Shown: positions 30,812-41,069 of the stretch, one piece after another
Layout of the letters: the number at the start of each line of letters is the position of its first letter
How positions within the stretch are numbered: position 1 is the first letter of the stretch
NCBI GenBank assembly: GCA_965214095.1
Contig: OZ243938.1
Span: forward strand, 32,001 to 96,000
DNA: 64,000 nucleotides
Reading direction: 5' to 3'
From: Candidatus Poribacteria bacterium
GTDB lineage: Bacteria; Poribacteria; WGA-4E; WGA-3G
The notes under the pieces: model-generated
The model's database searches: none
What the model saw: only the letters and a program-made list of their open reading frames with translations
What the model was told of the DNA's origin: nothing
Translations under genes and position numbers: made by a program

Positions 30812-31291
30812 TTACAAACTACGCACGACTACACGACTCCCCTCAACTAAAATCACTTCTACCTCAGTTTCTGGCGCGACAAATTCACCTTGTGTAACAA
30901 TATCAACACGTTGACCGTTTATCAAACCAACACCTGCTGGTCGCAAAGGGGAAACTGCTTTACCAGATTTACCAACAAGGGCAGTTAACTCTTTGGGTGC
31001 TGCTTGAAAACCATCCTCAGACTTCTCTGAAGCACTCAGGATAAAACCTTTGCCTATAGAGGAATCACGAAAAAGCGATAAACCGATAACTGAGATCGGT
31101 ATGACAAAAACAAGAGCAACACTGGCATATATAATTGCTTTCGTAAATCCTGAATTTACCCAAATCATTCCAATCCCAACACAGAAAATCACTAATCCTG
31201 GTATTCCTGCTGCTCCAAAACCAGGGAGAATTAAGATTTCAACAAAGACTAATAGAATTCCAAGCGCGATAAGTATAGTTGCTACCCACAT
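30812..31291 (-). CDS. Short NfeD-family protein (TM plus OB-fold)
   Basis: EILILPGFG; LVGKSGKAVSPLRPAG...RVDIV. Confidence 0.85.
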   Translation of the reverse strand: MWVATILIALGILLVFVEILILPGFGAAGIPGLVIFCVGIGMIWVNSGFTKAIIYASVALVFVIPISVIGLSLFRDSSIGKGFILSASEKSEDGFQAAPKELTALVGKSGKAVSPLRPAGVGLINGQRVDIVTQGEFVAPETEVEVILVEGSRVVVRSL

Positions 31292-31326
31292 ATTTTGTTT
31301 CCTCCACTTATTTACAAATGATGTCT

Positions 31327-32868
31327 TTATTCCTCAACTGCTTCAACAGATATCTTTGATCCTTCTACCTCAGATACCTTGACAGATGTGTTTTGTGCAA
31401 TGAAATCACCAACTGTTACAACATCTAATCTCTTATTATCAATTCTTACAGTCCCTGCTGGTCGTAATGGAGTTAAGGCAACACCCGTTTTTCCAAGAAA
31501 ACTCTGAAAATCCTCATCTCCCGCGGAATGATATCCTTCCTCAGTACTCATCACTGTCCCAAGCGCAAAACGTTGAAACGGAGACGTTTTCGGTAGAAAG
31601 ATCGTAGCAACAACTGCCAAGACAGAAGTAAGGATGACTGAAATGGAAAGCCACAACAACGCAATATTAAAATCCGCTGTACTCATAAAGAACACATAAA
31701 ATACACTTCCAAACATTGATATTAAACCAAGAATTCCTGCTATGCCGAAACCCGGGATAACGAAAACTTCTAACACAATTAACGCTAAACCAACAACAAA
31801 GAGCAATGGAACCCAAGTATGAGGTATCTGATTCAACATATGTCCACCGAAGAATAATCCGATAAATAACAGACCGAGTGCCCCAGGAATACCAAAGCCA
31901 GGTGTACGAATTTCAACAAAAAGTCCAAGTCCGCCTAATGATAACAACAATGCACTGATATATGGACTGGTAATAAAGAAGACTAAACGATCTCCAAGGG
32001 AGACCGCATAACGCGTAACTTCGGCATCAGATAAAGATTTTATTGGCGTTACTTGGGCAACGCCAAGGTCTTCCTGTTTATTTCGAATCCCTTCTTGCGT
32101 AAGTACTGATAGAATAGTATCACTCTTATCATCTCTATATCTTAAATCAATTTCAACAATTTGATGTTGTGCGAGTAAATCGGATAATGTTTCAGCTTGG
32201 CTATCCACATATCCATAATCAAGGGCTTGAAGGGTTGTTAGAGTCAGCAACTCTCCCTCAGAACAGAGCACTTTCATTTGTGTGCCAGCTTCTTGTTCAG
32301 CAAAATATTCATCTGCGCGCAATTTGATTATATCACCATTTCTGAGTCGGACAAGGTATAACCGCTTGTCTACCATAGTCTCAGCAATGTCAGGGTTTCT
32401 ATCTGCGCGTTCAGCTGTTGAACGAATTGTAGCACGAAGGTCTGAAACGATTTTCTCAGGTGCTTCCTGACCACTTCCATCAACGGGTTGAGAATCTCCA
32501 ATTGTTGCACCAGATGACATCACAATCTGATCACACGCAGTAGATATCATCGCGCCAGCGGAAATAGCACGCCTATTGACAAAAGCAATAGTTGGAATCT
32601 CTGTTTCTTGGATTTCCCTGATAATTTTCAGTGCAGCATTAACACTTCCACCTGGCGTATTCACATCAAATATAATCACGTCTGCATTAGCTTTTTCTGC
32701 TCTATTAACGCCTTTGCTGATGTAACTACTGACACCACCACCTATCACATCCCGAATGTCCAAAACATAGACTAAGGCTGTATCTTCTTCTGCTGACAGA
32801 CCACTACCAAAAATAAGTAAACAGCATAAAAGGAGTGTGTTCATTAGTAGGTTTCTTTGCTTCTTCAT
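31327..32868 (-). CDS. Long NfeD/YqeZ-like membrane-bound serine protease (ClpP-like, TM, OB-fold)
   Basis: NTPGG, AISAGA, EK; EIRTPGFG; TPLRPAG. Confidence 0.88.
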   Translation of the reverse strand: MKKQRNLLMNTLLLCCLLIFGSGLSAEEDTALVYVLDIRDVIGGGVSSYISKGVNRAEKANADVIIFDVNTPGGSVNAALKIIREIQETEIPTIAFVNRRAISAGAMISTACDQIVMSSGATIGDSQPVDGSGQEAPEKIVSDLRATIRSTAERADRNPDIAETMVDKRLYLVRLRNGDIIKLRADEYFAEQEAGTQMKVLCSEGELLTLTTLQALDYGYVDSQAETLSDLLAQHQIVEIDLRYRDDKSDTILSVLTQEGIRNKQEDLGVAQVTPIKSLSDAEVTRYAVSLGDRLVFFITSPYISALLLSLGGLGLFVEIRTPGFGIPGALGLLFIGLFFGGHMLNQIPHTWVPLLFVVGLALIVLEVFVIPGFGIAGILGLISMFGSVFYVFFMSTADFNIALLWLSISVILTSVLAVVATIFLPKTSPFQRFALGTVMSTEEGYHSAGDEDFQSFLGKTGVALTPLRPAGTVRIDNKRLDVVTVGDFIAQNTSVKVSEVEGSKISVEAVEE

Positions 32869-33024
32869 TTTCCATCACCCCAGTTGCGACCTTATATTTT
32901 ATCTTATGTATATTGATGATTTTTATTTGCTGGACTTAGATATAAGTATACCTTAATTGTTCATGGGTGTCAAGATACCTATTAGTAAAGTGCGTATAGA
33001 GATTATTTCAACTGCATTAGATAA

Positions 33025-33609
33025 TTATGAACGACCCTCAATCAACTCTTCTTTAATCCAAGCATGCAAAACATGATTCAATACAAGATGCACATCTTCA
33101 ACTGGACCATACTCGTTGCTATCAACAACAACGTTTACATCACAAATCTTTGCCAATCGTCCACCACCAAATCCACTCCACCCAACTGTCTTGCATCCAG
33201 TGTTAACGGCATGCTCCATTGCACGGATTACATTTTCAGAATTTCCACTTGCGCTGATACCGATCACAACATCGTCAGCATTCACAAGATTCTTGAGTTG
33301 TTCAACAAATACATCTTCATAAGAAACATCGTTAGACCAAGCAGTCATTGTCGCTACGTTATCTGTCAGACTAATAACCCGAAATCGTTTTTTGCCTTCA
33401 ACACTTGTGCCTTTCCCTAAATCACAGGCAAGATGAGATGCCGTAGATGCACTGCCACCGTTTCCTATTACAAATATCTGTTTGTCAGCATGATATGCTT
33501 CCATGATTAAATCAATGGATTTCCGAACATCTTCTAAATTCAACTTGTTTATAGCATCTTGAAGGTGTGTAATATATTTCTGAATTCTCTCCACTTGATT
33601 TTTCTCCAA
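33025..33609 (-). CDS. SIS-domain phosphoheptose isomerase-like protein (GmhA family)
   Basis: GNGGSASTASH, TAWSND, ISASGNSENV, VEDVH. Confidence 0.85.
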   Translation of the reverse strand: MEKNQVERIQKYITHLQDAINKLNLEDVRKSIDLIMEAYHADKQIFVIGNGGSASTASHLACDLGKGTSVEGKKRFRVISLTDNVATMTAWSNDVSYEDVFVEQLKNLVNADDVVIGISASGNSENVIRAMEHAVNTGCKTVGWSGFGGGRLAKICDVNVVVDSNEYGPVEDVHLVLNHVLHAWIKEELIEGRS

Positions 33610-33631
33610 TTCATTCTAAAATCAACAAAAA

Positions 33632-34585
33632 TCAGACTACCAGTGCGACCGCTGCAAGGTCACCCAAAGATTCTCCTAACTGTGCAGGCATAATTGTAAC
33701 TACTTCAGCAGGCCGTTCCATAGCAAATGATGAGACTGTTTTTCTTATAGGTTCAAGTAACAGGTCTCCAGCTGCGATTGCAATTGTGCCTAATAATACA
33801 ATATCAGGATTCAGGATATTCACAAGATTGGCGATACCCCATCCCATAAAATACGCAGTTTCATCAATCAACTTTAGAGCTAATGTGTCCCCTTTCCTTG
33901 CAGCTAAAAGCACATGTTCAGATTTTACTGCATCTATATCTCCATCTGCAAGTTCAAGGAGGACAGAGTTTGGTTCTTTTAAAATCGCTTCTTTAGCACG
34001 ACGTGCAATAGCAGGTCCAGAACACAACGACTCAAGACATCCACGTTTACCACAACCACAGTGCGGTCCATCAGGTAAAAGTATCTGATGTCCTACTTCA
34101 CCTGCACTGTCATTTGCGCCGTGATATATCTGTCCATTGAGGACAATGCCACCACCGATACCAGTACTCATTGTCATATAAAGAACTGATTCGTAACCTC
34201 TACCCCCACCGAACCGATATTCAGCAAGTGCACAAGCATTCGCATCATTTTCAATTATCACAGGAATTCTAAATTCGTTTTTTAACCTTTCTTTTAGTGG
34301 GAATGCCACCCATCCGGGAAGATTTGGTGGCGAATAGACTATACCAGTTTTTGTGTCCAACGGACCACCACAACTGACACCAATCGCTAATATATCTTTC
34401 AGTTCCAATTCTGCTTGATGAATAGTTCGGTAAACCATATCTATCAACAACTGAAGCGCATACCCAGGACCTTTGTCTGCTTGTGTCGGTTCACGGACTT
34501 TGGAGATGATTTCACCAGATACATCGGCAACAACAGTTGCAAGTTTAGTTCCACCGATGTCTATTCCTACAACATAGTTTCCCAT
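33632..34585 (-). CDS. ROK-family sugar kinase (glucokinase-like)
   Basis: GIDIGGTK, ENDANA, STGIGGG, GEVGH, CGCGKRGCLE. Confidence 0.92.
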   Translation of the reverse strand: MGNYVVGIDIGGTKLATVVADVSGEIISKVREPTQADKGPGYALQLLIDMVYRTIHQAELELKDILAIGVSCGGPLDTKTGIVYSPPNLPGWVAFPLKERLKNEFRIPVIIENDANACALAEYRFGGGRGYESVLYMTMSTGIGGGIVLNGQIYHGANDSAGEVGHQILLPDGPHCGCGKRGCLESLCSGPAIARRAKEAILKEPNSVLLELADGDIDAVKSEHVLLAARKGDTLALKLIDETAYFMGWGIANLVNILNPDIVLLGTIAIAAGDLLLEPIRKTVSSFAMERPAEVVTIMPAQLGESLGDLAAVALVV

Positions 34586-34611
34586 AGCATCACGAACATG
34601 GATTCTTTTTC

Positions 34612-36117
34612 TTACAATTGATCGTTTATATCACGGAGTGCGGGATAGATTTGCTCATATACCTTTAATTTTTCATCGTATTGTTGTGCAAACTCCTCAC
34701 GTGGATAATATTCTTTTTGGGGTTTGACTAACAAGTCAACTGCCTCTTCAATTGTATTATATTTACCTGTTGCTGTTCCTGCCAGAATAGCAGTGCCAAG
34801 ACACACACCCTCTGATATATCAAGGGCGATAACCTTTTTACCAAACATATCCGCTTTGAGTTGTAACCATTTTTCTGATTTCGCACCACCACCAATTGCC
34901 CGCACCTCATTTATGACTACACCTGCATCTTGAAGCATTGTGAGATTCTGTTTTATTTCGTAACTAATCCCTTCAAGTATTGCCTTAACAAGTTCCCCCT
35001 TTGAAGTAGAGAGTGATAAACCAACAATTGCCCCTTTCGATTCTAAATCCAGATGTGGTGTCCCAGAACCTGTAAAGTGTGGAAGCAACATCGCTGTTCC
35101 CGGTTCATCAGGTATATCTTCAAGTAAAATATCGTAGACATCGCGTCCTGTTTTCTCCGCTTGTGCAACTTCAGCTTGTGCCAAGGTGTCACGAAACCAA
35201 CGGAGCACAACACCGCCACTTGATACAAATCCCAATGTAACATAGAGTCCTTCAACGACATGAGGATAGCAAGAAAAGTTACCATCTATCATCTGCTGGT
35301 TGACGACCAGTTCAGGAAAAGCAGGTGCAATACATTCCACTGTACCTGTTGCATCCATAACTTCTCCACCACGAATTATACCCGCACCCAACGCTCCACA
35401 CGGTTGATCATGTCCACCTGCAACAACCACAACGCCAGATGGCAGATTAAGTTCACCTGACACTTTTTTACCAATTTCGCCAATTATTGTTCCCGATGGC
35501 ACTGTATCTGGTAAAATAGTTACATCAACATCCGCTAATCCGAGCATTCTATCTGACCATGATTTGTCATTTATGTCAAACGCCATGGTACGTGCAGCAA
35601 GTGAATAATCAACTGCAGGTTGGACTCCCAGTCTGAAATTAATAAAATCTTCAAAACCAAAAAACTTCCAGACCTCTTTATAGATCTCAGGTTGATTTCG
35701 TTGTATCCACACCAATTTTGCAAGCGTATGTATATCACTCGGTGGCATCCCTGTGATTTGCATGACTTCCAATGGAGTTATATCCTGCAGTATTTCATTG
35801 CAGATTCCTATTGTGCGCGAATCAAAAGTAGTTATCGCATTTGCCAAGACATCACAGTTCCCCAACACAGGGGTCACCGCTTCACCTTGAGACGCAACAC
35901 TAATTGCTTCTATAGGATCTGATTTTGTCTGAGAAGCTACCTCCTGAATCCCATTTGATACTTTCTCCCAAACAACATTCCCATCTAATTCTGACCACCC
36001 GAGTTGTGGATGAATTAGCGGATATTCACCATAAGCATGTGCAAGGATTTCTCCATCCTCTTGAAATGCTATAACTTTGCACCCTGTTGTACCAACATCT
36101 ATACCCAATAAACTCAT
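34612..36117 (-). CDS. FGGY-family carbohydrate kinase (xylulokinase-like)
   Basis: GIDVGTTGCK, GGHDQ, AILEGI, GGGAKS..WLQLKAD. Confidence 0.9.
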   Translation of the reverse strand: MSLLGIDVGTTGCKVIAFQEDGEILAHAYGEYPLIHPQLGWSELDGNVVWEKVSNGIQEVASQTKSDPIEAISVASQGEAVTPVLGNCDVLANAITTFDSRTIGICNEILQDITPLEVMQITGMPPSDIHTLAKLVWIQRNQPEIYKEVWKFFGFEDFINFRLGVQPAVDYSLAARTMAFDINDKSWSDRMLGLADVDVTILPDTVPSGTIIGEIGKKVSGELNLPSGVVVVAGGHDQPCGALGAGIIRGGEVMDATGTVECIAPAFPELVVNQQMIDGNFSCYPHVVEGLYVTLGFVSSGGVVLRWFRDTLAQAEVAQAEKTGRDVYDILLEDIPDEPGTAMLLPHFTGSGTPHLDLESKGAIVGLSLSTSKGELVKAILEGISYEIKQNLTMLQDAGVVINEVRAIGGGAKSEKWLQLKADMFGKKVIALDISEGVCLGTAILAGTATGKYNTIEEAVDLLVKPQKEYYPREEFAQQYDEKLKVYEQIYPALRDINDQL

Positions 36118-36301
36118 TCTTTTTCTCCTTGAATCATGATGTTCATATCATATTACATATCTGATTTTTGTGCAAGGACTCTGTTGTTAGTTTGAACACA
36201 TAATTTGACTTATTTTGCAAAAGATGTTAGTATCAATGCAGTTAGGAAAACAAATCAATTGCTGCAAGATTAGCAACATGAAGATTGATATAGGAGAAAT
36301 A

Positions 36302-37165
36302 ATGAACGCAAGTGATACGGCACAGAAACGAGGTTATGGATTAACCTCAGAAGAACTTTCATTTTGGAATGACAACGGTTATCTCATCAGGCAAGATGTC
36401 TTCTCACATGACGAAAATGATGCCTTACGTAAAGTGGCTGAAGACATTGTGGATGGGAAACGTGCATTTCCCTCTGCACATGTTGATAAGAACGCACTTG
36501 TTAGAGATGGTAAAATCGAAGAACAAGGAATATATGCGATGCATAAGATACACCATCCAAGTTGTTATGTGCCAGAATTCCTATCAAGAGTTAGGGATAC
36601 CCGTTTAACAGACCCAATTGTAGATATGATGGGTCCCGATATACTCGGTATAAACAATCTCTTTATATGGAAAGCACCTAAGATTGGACTTGGATTTCCG
36701 TGGCATCAAGATATGTTTTATTTTCGCAATAGGTTTAACACTGAAACAACTATCGGTACTTGGACTGCTATTGATGCAGCGGATCGAGATAACGGGTGCC
36801 TTTATGTGATACCCGGTAGCCATAAAAATGAGATTCATGAACACGATGACCTTGAAGGTTCACAACAGAAAGAGTTCAAACTGGCTCGCGGCGCACGGGA
36901 CGAAGACGCTGTGGCAGTGGAAGTACAACCCGGTGCAGTTGTCTGGTTTCATAGCTATTTATTACACAAAAGCACAGATAACCACAGTCTGCGATTTAGA
37001 AGAAGCTATGTCATTCACTACTTGAGTGCACAAGCAGAATGGGCAAAAGGTAATGGAACGTATAGAGGACAACCAGTGATGTGGGTTAGGGGACAGACCT
37101 ATCAAGATAAGGTGCATGAAGTTGAAAGAGATGTCTTGCCAGTGCCAAAGTCTGATTCATCATAA
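36302..37165 (+). CDS. Phytanoyl-CoA dioxygenase (PhyH) family protein
   Basis: PWHQD, NGCLYVIPGSH, LHKSTDNHS..FRR; ATG 36302 follows AGGAG. Confidence 0.9.
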   Translation: MNASDTAQKRGYGLTSEELSFWNDNGYLIRQDVFSHDENDALRKVAEDIVDGKRAFPSAHVDKNALVRDGKIEEQGIYAMHKIHHPSCYVPEFLSRVRDTRLTDPIVDMMGPDILGINNLFIWKAPKIGLGFPWHQDMFYFRNRFNTETTIGTWTAIDAADRDNGCLYVIPGSHKNEIHEHDDLEGSQQKEFKLARGARDEDAVAVEVQPGAVVWFHSYLLHKSTDNHSLRFRRSYVIHYLSAQAEWAKGNGTYRGQPVMWVRGQTYQDKVHEVERDVLPVPKSDSS

Positions 37166-37272
37166 TACCGTTTTCTTGTATCTATGCTATGGTTGAGTTC
37201 TATTTACTCCCGAAAATACTCAATCTTTCCGTCAGATATATTCATTTTCCATTTCATATCTATTGTAAAATA

Positions 37273-37281
37273 TGGTATAAT
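37273..37281 (+). promoter_or_regulatory. Extended -10 promoter element for the SDR gene
   Basis: TGGTATAAT (TGn-TATAAT) about 35 bp upstream of ATG 37315. Confidence 0.5.
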
Positions 37282-37314
37282 GTATCTTGACAAAGGTCAT
37301 TATAGAGGAAAGAA

Positions 37315-38085
37315 ATGCGTTTTAAAGATAGAGTTGCAATTATAACTGGTGGAGGAGGTCCATTAGGTATTGGACGCGCTGCTTGTATAGCATTTGCACG
37401 CGAAGGTGCATCCGTTGTAGTTGCTGGCGGAAGAAGTGCAGATGCTGTCGCTTCAGAGATAAAAGCCGAAGGCGGAGAAGCAATTGCCAGACCATTAGAT
37501 GTCACAGATCCGCAACAAGTTCAAGCAACCGTTGATGTAACATTGGAGAAATATGGACGGATTGACATTCTATTCAACAACGCTGGCATAATTAACAGAC
37601 AAACCCTATTTGAGTTGACCCCAGAAGCCTATGACAAAGTTATGGATGTTAATGTAAAGGGGTGTTTATTATGTGCACAAGCTGCAGCAAAGGCCATGAT
37701 TGCTCAAAATATCAGAGGTAGGATTATCAATAATTCTTCTATTTTTGCAGAAGAATCGCATGTTGGTGTTCTAAGTTATTGTGTGAGTAAAGCTGCCGTA
37801 AACCGATTGACACGTAGTCTGTCATTGGAACTACGACCACATGGAATTACTGTGAATGCTGTTGCACCAGGAGGTGGTGCCCCCACAGGTATGAATGCAC
37901 CGCACAACTTACCAGTGGATGAAAGTCTACCAGAACTGTTACCAGCACCATCGGACGTTCCCCTTGAACGTAGTGCAACAGTATGGGATTATATCGGCGC
38001 AGTGCTTTTTCTTGCATCTGATGATGCAGCTTATATTAGTGGTGATATTATCACTGTAGATGGTGGAGCCGTTTCTCGAAGATGA
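37315..38085 (+). CDS. Short-chain dehydrogenase/reductase
   Basis: TGGGGPLGIG, NNAG, catalytic YCVSK, VNAVAPG. Confidence 0.92.
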   Translation: MRFKDRVAIITGGGGPLGIGRAACIAFAREGASVVVAGGRSADAVASEIKAEGGEAIARPLDVTDPQQVQATVDVTLEKYGRIDILFNNAGIINRQTLFELTPEAYDKVMDVNVKGCLLCAQAAAKAMIAQNIRGRIINNSSIFAEESHVGVLSYCVSKAAVNRLTRSLSLELRPHGITVNAVAPGGGAPTGMNAPHNLPVDESLPELLPAPSDVPLERSATVWDYIGAVLFLASDDAAYISGDIITVDGGAVSRR

Positions 38086-38572
38086 AAGTCGAAGGAGATT
38101 ATATGTTTTGTGGTTTATAAATGCACTTGAATCTTGTTGGATTGTAATCAGTGGTTGGGTTACGTTCTTATTGGAACTAATTGCTAATCACTGGTTATTT
38201 TTTTTGATTTTTTCTGGCATAAGTTTAGTACTCAGCATTGTTGGATGTGCAGCCATGATTACATATATACCACCTGACTATTTCAATGACGCAAAGCAGA
38301 TTCGCCCTATAAAAAATCCTGTGTTACGTGTGATGGTTTCTACACTGAAAAACTTAATAGGTTTCCTGCTTATAGTCGTTGGAGCACTTCTTGCTGTACC
38401 TGGTGTACCAGGACAGGGGTTACTGACAATCTTAACAGGATTGATAATCAGTGACTTTCCGGGAAGAAAACGACTTGCACGTCGAATTATTCGTATGCCT
38501 GCCGTGCTTTTAGCTGCGAACAAAATACGCACGAATTTCAAGCGTCCCCCACTTGTAATAAATAAAGATTAA
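38060..38572 (+). CDS. PGPGW-like small membrane protein (true start probably later, e.g. TTG 38108)
   Basis: TM helices with VPGVPGQGLLTIL and DFPGRKRL. Confidence 0.65.
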   Translation: MVEPFLEDESRRRLYVLWFINALESCWIVISGWVTFLLELIANHWLFFLIFSGISLVLSIVGCAAMITYIPPDYFNDAKQIRPIKNPVLRVMVSTLKNLIGFLLIVVGALLAVPGVPGQGLLTILTGLIISDFPGRKRLARRIIRMPAVLLAANKIRTNFKRPPLVINKD

Positions 38573-38596
38573 TAGGAGACAATTGTTGAATCCTTC

Positions 38597-39946
38597 CTAA
38601 GATTCTGTATCTACATCGTCAACCGATTCACCATCTTCTCCTTTTGTAATGCTTGCTTGAAGTTTCTCTAATCCTGCAATCTCATCACTTTTCATCTCAA
38701 TACTTCCCTTGATAACCTCCACATTCCTTCCTATCAACCAATTCGGTATTCTTAATATATGCATAGAAAGGAAAGCAGCAAACAACATAAGACAACCAAC
38801 TAAAAGGTATGCTACAATTGGAATCGTAGGCTTCAATCCTTTACTCAAAGGAATAGGCATATCTAATAAATTACCATAGCAGAGGGCAAATCCGCCTCTA
38901 CCATACCACGAACCCAATGTTAACTGGTAATTGTTCAGGTTATCATGATCTAAAAAGCCGTTTGGTTTTAGGTGATCATGTCTACCTACGAAATACTGTC
39001 TATTTCCTTGCCATCTCAAGTTACCATCTTTTGAAATGTGATATTGGTTGTCAAGTAAGTCGGGTGGTTGAAGTGGATCTACTTCAGGATCAACGTTTTC
39101 AACACTTTTTTGCATAGTCTCAAACATCGCTTTCATATCATCTCTCAGCGACATCTTTAGTCCAATAATAAAATCTGTTAAGTCACCACCAGCATCATTA
39201 TATTCAAGGATGTCGCTCCAATCAGCTAAACGCACTCCATCACCCAATTGTGCTATACACTCAGCATTATGATCCTCCGTTTCGTTCAATGAATGTCCAA
39301 TGACATGGAAATTGTCATAACTTGCTAAAGATTTGTCTTTTACATTCTCGTCCAATTCTCCATAACAGAGTGCATATCCACCTTGTGCAAACCAAGATCC
39401 GACTGTCAATAAGTAATTATTTAGGTTGTCATGGTCTAAGAAACCGGGCGGTTTGATGTGATCATGTCTTGCAACAAAGTAATGTCTGTTTGAACCTTGA
39501 TATCTTGGTCCTCCAAGATATGAAATTCGATAACCAGAACCAGGTGCATACGGAATTAATTGTTGTCCTTTCTCTTGCACACTGCTTTCTGAATTCCTCT
39601 TTATGGTATTAAACACATCAAGCATGTCTTCTCTGATTGACATCTTGAGCCCTTTAATAAATTCGTCTAATGAACCTCCCGACTCATAAAATGCAACAAT
39701 ATCGTTCCAATCTGCTAAACGCATCCCATTACCCAATTGTGCTTTACTTTCTGCCTGAAGATCCCCCATTTCATCTAAATCGTGCGCAATAACATGAAAT
39801 TGCTGAAAACTTGTTAAAGGTTTCCCTGTAGGTAACATATTAGTCAATGATTTTGATAGTTGAATTACATAAAAAGATGCAAAAAATGCACCTATCAACA
39901 AACAACATACCAACACCGCTGCGATGAACTGTTTCTGTTTTAACAT
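38597..39946 (-). CDS. Membrane protein with two tandem ~155-aa extracytoplasmic repeats
   Basis: N- and C-terminal TM helices; repeated FHVI.H.L.E...AQLG.G.RLADW.DI...RHDH.KP.GFLDHDNLNNY.LT.GSW...GG.ALCYG. Confidence 0.75.
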   Translation of the reverse strand: MLKQKQFIAAVLVCCLLIGAFFASFYVIQLSKSLTNMLPTGKPLTSFQQFHVIAHDLDEMGDLQAESKAQLGNGMRLADWNDIVAFYESGGSLDEFIKGLKMSIREDMLDVFNTIKRNSESSVQEKGQQLIPYAPGSGYRISYLGGPRYQGSNRHYFVARHDHIKPPGFLDHDNLNNYLLTVGSWFAQGGYALCYGELDENVKDKSLASYDNFHVIGHSLNETEDHNAECIAQLGDGVRLADWSDILEYNDAGGDLTDFIIGLKMSLRDDMKAMFETMQKSVENVDPEVDPLQPPDLLDNQYHISKDGNLRWQGNRQYFVGRHDHLKPNGFLDHDNLNNYQLTLGSWYGRGGFALCYGNLLDMPIPLSKGLKPTIPIVAYLLVGCLMLFAAFLSMHILRIPNWLIGRNVEVIKGSIEMKSDEIAGLEKLQASITKGEDGESVDDVDTES

Positions 39947-40169
39947 TTTATTCCCTCAGATTTTTTTAGGTATATATTTATGGCTTGAAAAAATTGTAAT
40001 GGATCTTATTCTAAGTTGAAGGCGTGACGTATAGGATAATACCATATTTTTGGAAAAAGTAAAACCAAAATTCTTATTAGCAAATACAATTACTTCTGAT
40101 AGTGAGAGACCTGTCTTCATTATCAGAATAGCGATATATATTAGATATGCAAATATAGATAGGCATTTA

Positions 40170-40209
40170 AAAAGATAATACCTCGTAATCCTACGAGGTA
40201 TTATCTTTT
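40170..40209. terminator. Perfect 18-bp inverted repeat, likely terminator
   Basis: AAAAGATAATACCTCGTA-ATCC-TACGAGGTATTATCTTTT. Confidence 0.7.
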
Positions 40210-40324
40210 CTCTTTATTCTTTTTATCGATAAATTCAGGGATATTAACCAAATCCTAAAGGATTATGGAACCGATTTTCAAGAATAAATAGAAGGTCTAT
40301 TATCCAATTAAGCACGGTGTAAGG

Positions 40325-40996
40325 TCAACGGGAGAAAAATTGTTTATGTATGTTTAAGAGACGTTGCAGTTCTTCTATAGGTTTAGCTGCATCGTCTACG
40401 CGTATGTCAATATATCGGTCATTAAATCCACCATACCCGCCGTTTTTTCGGACAACAAGGAGTGCAGCGGATTGTTGACCCCGTTTGTCACCACCCTCAT
40501 CTTGCCCCGCAAATAAGGCAGCTAAGAGCTTGTCTGCCAATTCACCATCTGCTGCTTCAAAGGATTTTCCCATCGCTTTCACAACATCTTCACCTGTAAG
40601 GATATTTCCTTGTGCAGCATAATGCTTACCAGAAAATGCACCTGCCCAATCGTTGCATTCCTCACCAGTGAAGTGTGTAACATTACCCGAAGCATCTACG
40701 ATACCAACTTGCCGTGATTCTCTGCCATTATCATCTTTAATCAGATGTTCCAATGCTTGTTCCGCAGACAAACCGATCTTTAGCAACTGTAAACCTCTCG
40801 GACCATAGGTTGTATTTGCCCAAGATTGCGTTGCAATTGCTCCGACACCTACTTCTGCCCAAGGCACTACTGCTCCAACAGCAAAAAACTTTGATTGAAC
40901 TGCGACACCTAAATCTCCATTATCAGGATCATATCCAACAATGGAAAATGTTGATATGGCTTTGACGTTCTTGGAGAAAGAAAGATTATTATACAT
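40325..40996 (-). CDS. DUF1028 family (Ntn-hydrolase-like) protein
   Basis: TFSIVG..GVAVQSK, GAIATQS, RQVGIVD, QGNIL, GGDKRGQQSAALLV, DIRVDD. Confidence 0.9.
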   Translation of the reverse strand: MYNNLSFSKNVKAISTFSIVGYDPDNGDLGVAVQSKFFAVGAVVPWAEVGVGAIATQSWANTTYGPRGLQLLKIGLSAEQALEHLIKDDNGRESRQVGIVDASGNVTHFTGEECNDWAGAFSGKHYAAQGNILTGEDVVKAMGKSFEAADGELADKLLAALFAGQDEGGDKRGQQSAALLVVRKNGGYGGFNDRYIDIRVDDAAKPIEELQRLLNIHKQFFSR

Positions 40997-41069
40997 TCTG
41001 TTGTGTTTTCTTTATAAGAATTCTGCCTTGCAAGGAAAAACAATGAAATACTGCAAAGAGGCATTTAAG

